Source: a virus
Lineage: Duplodnaviria > Caudoviricetes
Length of the DNA stretch: 58,071 nt
IMG/VR virus record: IMGVR_UViG_3300034062_006549
Coordinates: 1 to 58,071 of that record
Direction: 5' to 3' (one strand)
In this document: positions 8,992-17,414 of the stretch, piece after piece
Layout of the letters: every line of letters starts with the position of its first letter
How positions within the stretch are numbered: position 1 is the first letter of the stretch
Position numbers and translations under genes: made by a program
The notes under the pieces: model-generated
What the model saw: the letters and a program-made list of their open reading frames with translations, nothing else
Database searches by the model: none
What the model was told of the DNA's origin: nothing

Positions 8992-9809
8992 AGTCTGTCT
9001 ATGGATACGTTTGACTTGGTGTATGTCAGTTTTGTTGGACGAGTTGGTGTTACTTTTGGTTCTTCTTTAACTTCAATTAATTCAGGTTTGAATTCGTTAG
9101 AATCTGAATATGGTTGTACCTCTATTTCAACTTCCTCACTTTCAATTTCAGAATCTATTGTAGTTAGTTCCCCTATTATAGTTTCAACTTTTTCATCAAT
9201 AGGTGATTCTACAACTTCTTTTTTCTTTCTACCTTTTTTAACTTTTGGTTTTTCAACCTCTTCTTTTTCCAATATTGTTTCCAAATCCATCAATGAAACA
9301 ATTTCTAAATCTCTATCGTTTTGGAAATCATTATTAATTGGTTTTTCAGGTTCTTCATACTTAACAAAGAAGTGTAATGATGTTAAGGATATTACAGGTA
9401 ATAAACCACCACCTAATATTGCTAACCATCTTTTATGTGCAATTATATCTGTTGGTTCTGTCCCAAATATTTCAAAAATTGGGGACGTAAGTTCAACCCA
9501 TGATGTGAACAATTCTCCTGTTGGGTCAATCTCTTTGTATGAGTAGAATATATTTCCCACCATTTGAACAAATGTTACCAAACCGAACATAAACCACACA
9601 CCACCTTTAATTCTTTGTGTTGCGGCAATCAGTGCGGTTATAGCCCCAATCTCAATTGCTATTGAAAGGTAGATTGCCCAACTAATCGGATTTGTAATAT
9701 CATACCACGCAACAACGTGAGATATAGATATACCAGCCACCAAAAAGATGGGAACTAAAAACATAGAACGGATGGGATTATTTTTAATCCAAGTAAATAA
9801 GTTATTCAT
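8988..9809 (-). CDS. four-helix membrane protein with charged C-terminal tail (DUF2637-like)
   Basis: Four hydrophobic segments in the first ~150 aa, then an E/K-rich tail. Confidence 0.7.
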   Translation of the reverse strand: MNNLFTWIKNNPIRSMFLVPIFLVAGISISHVVAWYDITNPISWAIYLSIAIEIGAITALIAATQRIKGGVWFMFGLVTFVQMVGNIFYSYKEIDPTGELFTSWVELTSPIFEIFGTEPTDIIAHKRWLAILGGGLLPVISLTSLHFFVKYEEPEKPINNDFQNDRDLEIVSLMDLETILEKEEVEKPKVKKGRKKKEVVESPIDEKVETIIGELTTIDSEIESEEVEIEVQPYSDSNEFKPELIEVKEEPKVTPTRPTKLTYTKSNVSIDRL

Positions 9810-10260
9810 TATTTTGTTTTTTCATTTCAATATACATTATATAACCATCATTATCAATGTATCCATAATCAATTATATCCATATCAAACTCATCTGCTAT
9901 CCTTGGAAACCTTTCTTCAATTATTTTATTAATAACTTCCGATTTTTTTAATCCTTTATATTGTTCTTTCTTAAATGCAGCATCCCAACAACTCTTAACC
10001 CAACCTTCCCAAAACACAATTGAGTCATCTTTATTTTGAATATATACCTGGTCATCATACCCATCCCAATCATCTAATAACATATCATAATCAGGGTCTT
10101 CAGTATTATATTCAGGATTGTCTTCAACTTTTTTTAGGAAGTTATCAATCAACTCCATTCTGGTTAGGTCAGACATAAGACAACCCCTATATTTGGGGGT
10201 GTCTCTAAGTTCAAATCTATTTAATTCTTCTAATTGTCTTTCGGTGATTACTATTTTCAT
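9802..10260 (-). CDS. hypothetical protein with MKIVITERQL leader
   Basis: 152-aa ORF; leader type is common in large-phage proteins. Confidence 0.75.
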   Translation of the reverse strand: MKIVITERQLEELNRFELRDTPKYRGCLMSDLTRMELIDNFLKKVEDNPEYNTEDPDYDMLLDDWDGYDDQVYIQNKDDSIVFWEGWVKSCWDAAFKKEQYKGLKKSEVINKIIEERFPRIADEFDMDIIDYGYIDNDGYIMYIEMKKQNNE

Positions 10261-10538
10261 TTTTCAAGTTGCTGAAGTTCTTTGTCTATTTCAGCTTGTC
10301 TATTTACATCAAGGATTTTTCTGTCTGTTGACTGAATCATCCTTTTCTCAGATTTCAATCCTTCAACTTTGATTTCTTTCTGGAGGTGTTTAATTTCCAC
10401 TTTGATTGAATCTAATTGGTTTAAAAATTTCTTTTCTGATGCCCTTTTAGCAGCACTTGATGTACAAGTTTGTAGTACAATCAATAAAACTAAAATACCA
10501 AGTCCATACTTTTCAACAAATTCTAAAATTTTTTTCAT
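10257..10538 (-). CDS. putative lipoprotein/membrane-anchored coiled-coil protein (spanin-like)
   Basis: Hydrophobic helix ending LQTC, then a coiled coil; TATTTAT at 10552-10558. Confidence 0.55.
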   Translation of the reverse strand: MKKILEFVEKYGLGILVLLIVLQTCTSSAAKRASEKKFLNQLDSIKVEIKHLQKEIKVEGLKSEKRMIQSTDRKILDVNRQAEIDKELQQLEK

Positions 10539-10573
10539 ACTAGTTTTTTTTATAAATATTAATTAATGTTTTA

Positions 10574-11374
10574 TTACATCCACTCAAATAAATCACCTGA
10601 TAGATTTCTTAGTTTTCTAAGTGATTTTTCCTTTATCTGACGTACCCTCTCTTTAGTTAGATTGAAATCTCCACCAATATCTTCTAATGTTCTTGGAGAA
10701 CCCGATAACCCAAAGTAGTCCTCAACAATCACTCGTTCTCTTTCATCCAAACAAGTCAATAATCCCAATAGTTTCGTTTTAAGAATATCTTTAGTGTGAA
10801 AAGCTTCATCAGGCATATCCGCAGCATCATTCTTTAGAACATCAAATAAAGTATCACCTTCTTCATTGATATCCATATCCAAGTCAATCATAGATGGTAA
10901 GGTTGTAAATTTAGCATCTAATTCACCACCTTTAGAGTCAACTTCTTTTTTTGCACGTTGTAAATCTTGAACCACATTTACTGGGAGACGAATGGTTCTC
11001 GCATTATCATTTAAACTTTGGAGAATTGATTGTTTAACCCACCATACCGCATAAGATATAAATCTTAAGTCTTTGTTCCAATCAAAGTTTTTGATAGCTT
11101 TCATTAAACCAAAATTACCTTCAGCAATAAGGTCACCTAAATCTAATCCCTGATTTTGATATTGTTTTGCAACAGTTATTACAAATCTTAGATTACCCTC
11201 TAATAACTCTTTGTGGACTTTTTCAATGTCTTTTTGTGATAAAGTACCTGATTTCATCAAGACAGCTAATTCTTTCTCTCTCTCAGGTGTCATTACTTTT
11301 TTCTTTCTAATGTCTTTTAAGTAAGACTGAATTTCTTCTTGATTAATTGGAATACCAGAATTTTTCTCTTTCAT
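10574..11374 (-). CDS. RNA polymerase sigma-70 family factor, RpoD/Bacteroidota sigmaA-like
   Basis: NLRFVITVAKQYQNQGLDLGDLIAEGNFGL, FISYAVWWVKQSI, TLEDIG..FNLTKERVRQI; start placed at MKEKNSG. Confidence 0.95.
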   Translation of the reverse strand: MKEKNSGIPINQEEIQSYLKDIRKKKVMTPEREKELAVLMKSGTLSQKDIEKVHKELLEGNLRFVITVAKQYQNQGLDLGDLIAEGNFGLMKAIKNFDWNKDLRFISYAVWWVKQSILQSLNDNARTIRLPVNVVQDLQRAKKEVDSKGGELDAKFTTLPSMIDLDMDINEEGDTLFDVLKNDAADMPDEAFHTKDILKTKLLGLLTCLDERERVIVEDYFGLSGSPRTLEDIGGDFNLTKERVRQIKEKSLRKLRNLSGDLFEWM

Positions 11375-11375
11375 A

Positions 11376-11870
11376 TTAGTTTGAATATTGTTTAAGTAAA
11401 TTTTTTTCATCATTAGTTAATGAACTCATACCACTAACGTTTATTTTGTCCAAAAGTTCATCTAAAGTAGGAATTATTTTTTTGGGTTTATAATCTTTCA
11501 TTTCATCAATATTAGCAATCATTGAGTCTCTCAATTCCTCTTGTTCTTCTCTTGAGAATACTTCATTTTCCTTACAAATATTCGTGCCAAATAATAACTC
11601 TTCATACTCTTTTTCAAACCAATATGACATTTTGTCAGTTTTTATTGGTACTAAAATGTGTGTAATTGATAAATCACCCAAAATTGTGTCAAAGAAATTT
11701 TTTGTATCAGCAAAAGAATTTTTTGTTTCAAATGTTAAAATGGCCGATTGTTCACCAAAAAAATACTTAACACCTGTTTTGTTACAAATCAAACTAATTT
11801 CGTGAGCAACGGATTTTACAAATAACTCTTGTTCATTGTGGGCAATAAAAATCGTGAGTAAGTACTTCAT
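11376..11870 (-). CDS. hypothetical protein with C-terminal DUF6576-like motif
   Basis: C-terminal LDELLDKINVSGMSSLTNDEKNLL; start moved to MKYLL because the upstream region holds a promoter and terminator. Confidence 0.7.
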   Translation of the reverse strand: MKYLLTIFIAHNEQELFVKSVAHEISLICNKTGVKYFFGEQSAILTFETKNSFADTKNFFDTILGDLSITHILVPIKTDKMSYWFEKEYEELLFGTNICKENEVFSREEQEELRDSMIANIDEMKDYKPKKIIPTLDELLDKINVSGMSSLTNDEKNLLKQYSN

Positions 11871-11898
11871 ATTTTTTGTATTTTTTTTTTGATGTTCA

Positions 11899-11928
11899 CA
11901 AAGATATAAAAGATTTCTATAAAACAAA
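11899..11928 (-). promoter_or_regulatory. Bacteroidota-type promoter driving the sigma-factor operon
   Basis: TTTG (11928-11925), 18-nt spacer, TATCTTTG (11906-11899). Confidence 0.6.
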
Positions 11929-11959
11929 AATCCCACTCAAAATATTTTAGTGGGATTTT
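11927..11959 (-). terminator. intrinsic terminator
   Basis: AAAATCCCACT-11 nt-AGTGGGATTTT just after the stop of 11966..12541. Confidence 0.75.
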
Positions 11960-11965
11960 AAATTT

Positions 11966-12541
11966 TTAATTTGAACGACCTTTTCCGCGTTGATTTACAT
12001 ATTCACCAAATGCTGAAGTAATTTCAGATGGGAGGGCTCTTCGACTTTCTTGGTAATTCCATTCAGGATAACATCCTTCACGTTGAAGATATTGTTTTAA
12101 ACATAATTCTTCCATTTTTTTGGCACTAATTGCAACTTCATCTATTTCATTTTCAAAAAGACCTGGAACTTCTGTTTCTATTAAATCCTTGTAAATCATA
12201 AAAACTTCAACCTTATTACCTTTTTTGATTTCATCTCTAATAAACCAATTGATTGCGAATCTATTGATACCAGGGTCATCTTGTCCGGATTTTAAATAAC
12301 ATCCAACACAACTAGATATACCTGTTTTACAAGAAGATTGACCGATTTTGTAAATAATACCATTTACAACAAATATATAAACTAAAGCAACATACTTGTT
12401 TTTCAATTTTTTAGGGAAATTTTCATCGTAGATAAACCCTAATGCTATATCATAGAAAACATAATTATTTCCATTATATTTTTTAGAACCAAGAACAATT
12501 TCACCAACTCTTATTACTTTTTTTACTTCAGAGATATTCAT
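11966..12541 (-). CDS. GIY-YIG nuclease resembling type II restriction endonuclease Hpy188I
   Basis: LVYIFVVNGIIYKIGQS...Y..G...N..I...KVEVF...GLF...AKKMEELCL...P.WN.Q parallels the Hpy188I motif order as recalled. Confidence 0.65.
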   Translation of the reverse strand: MNISEVKKVIRVGEIVLGSKKYNGNNYVFYDIALGFIYDENFPKKLKNKYVALVYIFVVNGIIYKIGQSSCKTGISSCVGCYLKSGQDDPGINRFAINWFIRDEIKKGNKVEVFMIYKDLIETEVPGLFENEIDEVAISAKKMEELCLKQYLQREGCYPEWNYQESRRALPSEITSAFGEYVNQRGKGRSN

Positions 12542-12574
12542 AGTTTTTCAATTTTTTTGTAAGATAATAATTTT

Positions 12575-14947
12575 CTATTGTTTTACACTACTAATGTTAT
12601 TTTCTTTAGAAATTTTAACAATGTTGTCGGCCCAATTACTTACTAATGGATTGTGAGTAATAACGAATATCTTTTCAAAATAGTTTTTAATCTTAGTAAA
12701 AAATTCACCAACCATCTCCAAGTTTTCATTTGATATTTTACCAAATACTTCGTCAAATACTATTATATTTGGTTTTGGTAATGAACATATCTTACTTAAA
12801 ACAGCTCTTAACGCCAATGATGCTATAGTTCTTTCATAACCGGATCCTGATGACATCAATTTCTCAACTTGAGTATTGTTATCTATCATCACAAATTCAA
12901 CTTCATTCTTATCATTAATATTGATTTCCAACCTAAAATGAGAACTATCTTCCAATAATCTTTGTAACTCAGAGTTTAACATTGGAATCATTGTTTTCAT
13001 TATCATTTTGGATATACCATTCTTACCAAAGATTTCCAAATATACTTTATAGATTCTTTCTTTCTTAGATTCAACTTTAATTTTCTCAATCGTTTGAATA
13101 TTTTGTTCAATCTTATCCTTTAAACTTTGGATTTGATAATTATTTGAATCAAATATTCTTTGAACCGATGTTTTTTCTCTATCTAATTCATCTAATCTCA
13201 AGTTGGCTTTGATAAGTTGGGTTTCAATCTTGTTATTTGTGGATATTTTATCTTGTAACAAATTAAACTTTTCCAACTTATCTTCCAATCCTTTGATTTT
13301 CATCATATAACCCTCAATTGTAAGTTCATATTTTTCTTTGATAAGTTTGTTTTTCTCATACTCATCAAACTCTTTTTTTAATAGAACATACTTAGCTTCT
13401 CTGATTATTATATTATTCATTTCCCCCTCGAATTGGTTCTTTTGTATAATATAATTGTCAAGTTCTGCAATCTTAGATTGGGTTATTGAGGCCATCATTA
13501 ATTCAATACCACAATGTTCACACTTAATCCCACCATCAACTGAAGATTTTAAACTTTCAATAGATTTGATATTTTGTTCAAGTTGGACAATCTTTTTGTA
13601 GTAATGTTTGTGTTCATCTTTCAACCAATCGTGTTCTTGTTCTGAATAAAACTCTGTTGGTTCAACAACCTTGAGTTCTTTTAATTGTCTTTCAACACTT
13701 TGTTTTTGGGTTTTAATTCCGATGATTTCACTTTCAATACGTTCAGGAATAATATTGGAGATTTCAATATCAATATCCGTGTGTTTGGATTTTAATAATG
13801 TATCTCTATATTCTTGTCCTTTGATTATTCTGTTTTGAACATCAATAAGATTTGATTGCTGAATTGTATTATCATTTAGTAATTGTTCAATCTTGATATT
13901 ATATCCATCATTATCCGATTTCAACTTTTCACTAGAATATACATTAGATATCATTGATTTGGAAAATTCAGAATATATCTCTTTACATGTATCTTCTTTC
14001 TTCTTAATAAAGTCTAACCCCATAAATCTAGACAATACTTGTCCTCTTGCTGTAGGTTTGGAATCAATTAACTCCTCAAGATTTGTTGCAGTTGTTAAGA
14101 TTGTCATCAAGAAATCTTCTTTTGTCCCAATGGAAGATTTGATAAAACTCTCGGTCTCTCTTCTTTGTTCTCCTGTGAAGTTCTGTAATGAACCATCACT
14201 CAATTTCTTAAAGAAATCCAACTCAGTTTTTACATTCCAATCCCCATCTTTTTTCTTCTTTCTTTCAATGTTTCTAACAATAACATATTCATCCCCATCA
14301 ATAATAATTTCACCCTTTACGTGAACTTTATCTTTGTTGGAAAATCTGTTAAAGATTTCTTCAGCTTTTGATGTTTTGGTTGTTTCATTGAAAAATAAAA
14401 ACAATAATAAATCCACACTAAGAACTGTCTTACCACCGAAATTAGGTGGATTTGATTCCACCACCGAAATACCATTACATTTGTCAAAATCAATCTTTTG
14501 ATTTTCACCATAAGATAAGAAATTGGAAAATTCAATGTTTTTAATATACCATCGTTTGAATGGTGAAATTTCATTATCATTCAACAATAATCTATTGTCA
14601 ACAGCTTTGTCTAAACTCAATATATCATCAGTAAGATTTGTTATATTTTTATTGTCCAAATATGATTTTACCAATTCATATTGATAGTTTTTATCTAAGA
14701 TATTGAATGAGACATCAATTGTTTGTGTTGTGACATCTGAAGATTTGGTTTTGGTTATTACGTTAACATTTGCCGAGTTATACTTCTTTTGGAAATAATG
14801 TCTAACACTTTTAATTTTTTCTTGTGTAAAGTTTTCAGGATAGTCTTCCCATACAACTTGTATATATGGGTTATCAAACTTATTAAAATCAATATCTTTA
14901 ATCATAAAATTATAATTGAATTCAAGGGGTGGATTAAATAAATCCAT
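12575..14947 (-). CDS. Rad50/SbcC/gp46-like ATPase with N-terminal extension
   Basis: IEFSNFLSYG, Walker A NFGGKT, coiled coil with CEHC hook, GSGYE signature, Walker B IIVFDE, H-loop ITHN. Confidence 0.92.
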   Translation of the reverse strand: MDLFNPPLEFNYNFMIKDIDFNKFDNPYIQVVWEDYPENFTQEKIKSVRHYFQKKYNSANVNVITKTKSSDVTTQTIDVSFNILDKNYQYELVKSYLDNKNITNLTDDILSLDKAVDNRLLLNDNEISPFKRWYIKNIEFSNFLSYGENQKIDFDKCNGISVVESNPPNFGGKTVLSVDLLLFLFFNETTKTSKAEEIFNRFSNKDKVHVKGEIIIDGDEYVIVRNIERKKKKDGDWNVKTELDFFKKLSDGSLQNFTGEQRRETESFIKSSIGTKEDFLMTILTTATNLEELIDSKPTARGQVLSRFMGLDFIKKKEDTCKEIYSEFSKSMISNVYSSEKLKSDNDGYNIKIEQLLNDNTIQQSNLIDVQNRIIKGQEYRDTLLKSKHTDIDIEISNIIPERIESEIIGIKTQKQSVERQLKELKVVEPTEFYSEQEHDWLKDEHKHYYKKIVQLEQNIKSIESLKSSVDGGIKCEHCGIELMMASITQSKIAELDNYIIQKNQFEGEMNNIIIREAKYVLLKKEFDEYEKNKLIKEKYELTIEGYMMKIKGLEDKLEKFNLLQDKISTNNKIETQLIKANLRLDELDREKTSVQRIFDSNNYQIQSLKDKIEQNIQTIEKIKVESKKERIYKVYLEIFGKNGISKMIMKTMIPMLNSELQRLLEDSSHFRLEININDKNEVEFVMIDNNTQVEKLMSSGSGYERTIASLALRAVLSKICSLPKPNIIVFDEVFGKISNENLEMVGEFFTKIKNYFEKIFVITHNPLVSNWADNIVKISKENNISSVKQ

Positions 14948-14955
14948 AAGATTTG

Positions 14956-15246
14956 TTACTGGTTTTCTTCTGTTATTGGTGTTTCCAATTCACTTGGGTC
15001 AAAAACTGAGAAATTTAAATCTTGCCCACCTAATGTGACTTTCATTTCATTTTCCAATTGTTCTTTTTCTGTTAATTTGGATTGGTATTCTTTTAATTTT
15101 TGTTCCAACATTTGAGTGTATTGTTTTTGGAATCTTTTCTTTTCTTCAGCAATTTTTGCATTTCTTTTTGCAACTTTTTTGTTGTGTTCTTTTGTTTTCT
15201 TTCCCATTTTAATTATTAGTTGTTTTTTTATATGTTTTAAATCCAC
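14956..15246 (-). CDS. hypothetical basic protein (start probably MGKKTK)
   Basis: K-rich helical ORF. Confidence 0.65.
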   Translation of the reverse strand: MDLKHIKKQLIIKMGKKTKEHNKKVAKRNAKIAEEKKRFQKQYTQMLEQKLKEYQSKLTEKEQLENEMKVTLGGQDLNFSVFDPSELETPITEENQ

Positions 15247-15421
15247 AATAAGTTCTTAAATCCATCAAAACATCTTCAATGTTTTGATTTAAATTGTAAA
15301 ACTCATTGTAATTAACTGTTGTAATTTCAGTTCTCCCATCAGGTTTTTCACTTACTGAAACAATCTTATCAGGATTGATGAAAACTGAACTATTTTCTAA
15401 TTTAAACTCGATTAGTTTCAT
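15209..15421 (-). CDS. small FlbD-like protein
   Basis: VFINPDKIVSV...TEI pattern. Confidence 0.55.
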   Translation of the reverse strand: MKLIEFKLENSSVFINPDKIVSVSEKPDGRTEITTVNYNEFYNLNQNIEDVLMDLRTYCGFKTYKKTTNN

Positions 15422-15470
15422 TTTGTTTTTTTATTAAATATATTTTTTTAAAATTGGATTGTCAAATTAA

Positions 15471-15494
15471 AATCCCCCAATAATGTGGGGGATT
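15471..15494 (-). terminator. intrinsic terminator
   Basis: AATCCCCCA-6 nt-TGGGGGATT hairpin after the thioesterase stop. Confidence 0.7.
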
Positions 15495-15497
15495 AAA

Positions 15498-15971
15498 TTA
15501 TTTGTCTCGTTCATTTGGATCTAATAATCCCTTTCCATATTTTTTAATCCGTTCATCATATCTTATCTTTACTCGTTCTGAGATGGGTATTGGATACCCT
15601 TCTTCGTCAATTCTAACAAATTTAATATTGGTGGATACAACCACTTCTTGTCTGCCAGTATGGACATTGTGTTTTCTAACCTCAACATATAATGTTACTG
15701 AACTATTACCGAATTCATGAATAGTTCCATATATCTTAATAATATTGTTAACCTTTACTGGATTTTTAAATACTAGTTCATCAATCTTTATTGTTACCAT
15801 TCTTGGGGTGTCACATATCTGAGCAGCATATGCCGCAGCACATTGGTCAATTAACCCCAATAAAACACCACCAAAAATATTATCATGTGCACCAACATCG
15901 GAAGTTTTACAGATATACGTTGTAATTAATTCCATATTATTTCTGAGGTCTATTTTCTTCATAATATTCAA
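15498..15971 (-). CDS. acyl-CoA thioesterase (hotdog fold, YciA-like)
   Basis: NIFGGVLLGLIDQCAAAYA...MVT...FKNPV...GNSSVTLYVEV...FVRIDEEGYP. Confidence 0.88.
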   Translation of the reverse strand: MNIMKKIDLRNNMELITTYICKTSDVGAHDNIFGGVLLGLIDQCAAAYAAQICDTPRMVTIKIDELVFKNPVKVNNIIKIYGTIHEFGNSSVTLYVEVRKHNVHTGRQEVVVSTNIKFVRIDEEGYPIPISERVKIRYDERIKKYGKGLLDPNERDK

Positions 15972-16287
15972 CTATTGCGTTAATTCCCCATACAGCACCA
16001 GATGCCATTAATCCATCAAAAAACCAAGAATAAAAAATAGGTAACCCAAAAATGTGACTACAAGGTGACCATAATGTTAGTCCAATAAAAAATCCAATCC
16101 AGGTAGAGCAACACATCATACAAGATAAAATACCATCAATAAAGTGAAAGAGGTATTGAAATGGTGTCAATGGGTTACTCCCCAATCTTTTAAAAAAATT
16201 TCTAATCCCTTGGAATATACTTCCATAAACCATAATGTTTGTAAAACCATAAGCTAAAACAAACCAAGCTATTAAATGTGTAATCAT
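15937..16287 (-). CDS. membrane protein with CxxC (DUF1360-like)
   Basis: Three hydrophobic helices; ILSCMMCCSTWIG motif. Confidence 0.65.
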   Translation of the reverse strand: MITHLIAWFVLAYGFTNIMVYGSIFQGIRNFFKRLGSNPLTPFQYLFHFIDGILSCMMCCSTWIGFFIGLTLWSPCSHIFGLPIFYSWFFDGLMASGAVWGINAIVEYYEENRPQK

Positions 16288-16580
16288 AATATATTATTTT
16301 TGTTTTTTATTATACAAATTGATTCGTCCAACTTTTCACATATTTCCTTTAATTCATCAATACTGAAATGTTCAATATTAAACCATTCCCTTTCAATATT
16401 ATATTGTTTGAATCTGAAATGTAATGCTTTTTCTAGTTGTGTTGGGTATTTTGTTTCATAAATAAGAATAGGAATTAAATTTGGGGAATTCAATTCTTTT
16501 ATCCTTTTTTTTATATCTCTTTTTGTGAAACCTATCTTTATTTGATTTGCGTTGTCTTTGACAAAGTAAACAAAACCCAC
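16284..16580 (-). CDS. GIY-YIG (T5orf172-like) domain protein
   Basis: GFVYFV...IKIGFT...RIKEL...LEKALHFRF...REWF; GTG start. Confidence 0.85.
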   Translation of the reverse strand: MGFVYFVKDNANQIKIGFTKRDIKKRIKELNSPNLIPILIYETKYPTQLEKALHFRFKQYNIEREWFNIEHFSIDELKEICEKLDESICIIKNKNNIL

Positions 16581-16605
16581 TACTTTTTTATATTAAAATA
16601 GTGGG
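16576..16605 (-). terminator. hairpin/terminator overlapping the GIY-YIG start codon
   Basis: CCCACTA(C)TTTT...AAAATAGTGGG stem, followed by TTTTGTTT on the minus strand. Confidence 0.55.
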
Positions 16606-16617
16606 ATTATATAAAAG

Positions 16618-17205
16618 TTAAAGATTATGACTAATATTTGAACCTTTCATATATACAGCACCAGTATTTGATACCAGTTTTTCCAATTGTTCAATCTTAT
16701 TATTCAATTCGGATATTACCTTATCCTTATCCCCAATTTCCCTTCTTAATTTCATTAAAGTTTCTTGGAGCATTCCCATTTTTTCATTTGGTTTTTCAAC
16801 CTCCTTGATAACCTCAACTTCTTTAATTATTTCAACAATTTTTTCGATGATTTGAGTGTCACCTGAAATATAGATTGGAACTTCTTTGATAACTTCAACT
16901 ATCTTTTCAATCGGCACTTCTTTCTCAACGTACAAGGTTTTAATGACTTCCTTTTCAACCTCTTTAATAACCTCGACTGGGACCTCTCTAATCTTTTCTT
17001 TCTCCACATATTTAATAACCTCAATCGGAATTTCTTTATCAACATATTCTATAATTTTTTCTGTATTATCACCAATTAAACCATATTTTTTAATATCAAA
17101 TCCTTGTTTAAAACAATCTTGAATAAATTTATTTATATCCGTAATACCATTTAGCATACAGAAATCATAAATTTCTTTTTTATCTTTTATTTCTACTGAA
17201 TACAT
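16618..17205 (-). CDS. protein with articulin/alveolin-like VE(V/K)I(K/V)E repeats and coiled coil
   Basis: EVIKYVEKEKIREVPVEVIKEVEKEVIK...IEKIVEVIKEVP. Confidence 0.75.
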   Translation of the reverse strand: MYSVEIKDKKEIYDFCMLNGITDINKFIQDCFKQGFDIKKYGLIGDNTEKIIEYVDKEIPIEVIKYVEKEKIREVPVEVIKEVEKEVIKTLYVEKEVPIEKIVEVIKEVPIYISGDTQIIEKIVEIIKEVEVIKEVEKPNEKMGMLQETLMKLRREIGDKDKVISELNNKIEQLEKLVSNTGAVYMKGSNISHNL

Positions 17206-17414
17206 TATTTACCAAGATTATATCTATCACAAACATCTTGTAATTCCTTTGAACGAACTTCAGTTCCAAGATGCCATTTACCACATAACAAACAAGGATT
17301 ATCACTTATAGGGTTTCTATAAATCTTAGTTTTGTTATATTCATCATTGGCTTTCTGAGCCTCTTCTTTGGTTTCGAATCTAGTGGGTCTACCACAAACA
17401 ATATCTTCCATCAA
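17205..17414 (-). CDS. small zinc-binding hypothetical protein
   Basis: C...RFETKEEA...CLLCGKWHLG. Confidence 0.65.
   Translation of the reverse strand: MMEDIVCGRPTRFETKEEAQKANDEYNKTKIYRNPISDNPCLLCGKWHLGTEVRSKELQDVCDRYNLGK

Noticed and set aside
8914-9546. Long antisense ORFs (e.g. 8914..9546 +, 13893..14324 +, 30343..30753 -, 52945..53289 +)
   Set aside because: They are shadows of well-supported genes on the opposite strand, with S/F/I/L-biased composition and no recognisable motifs
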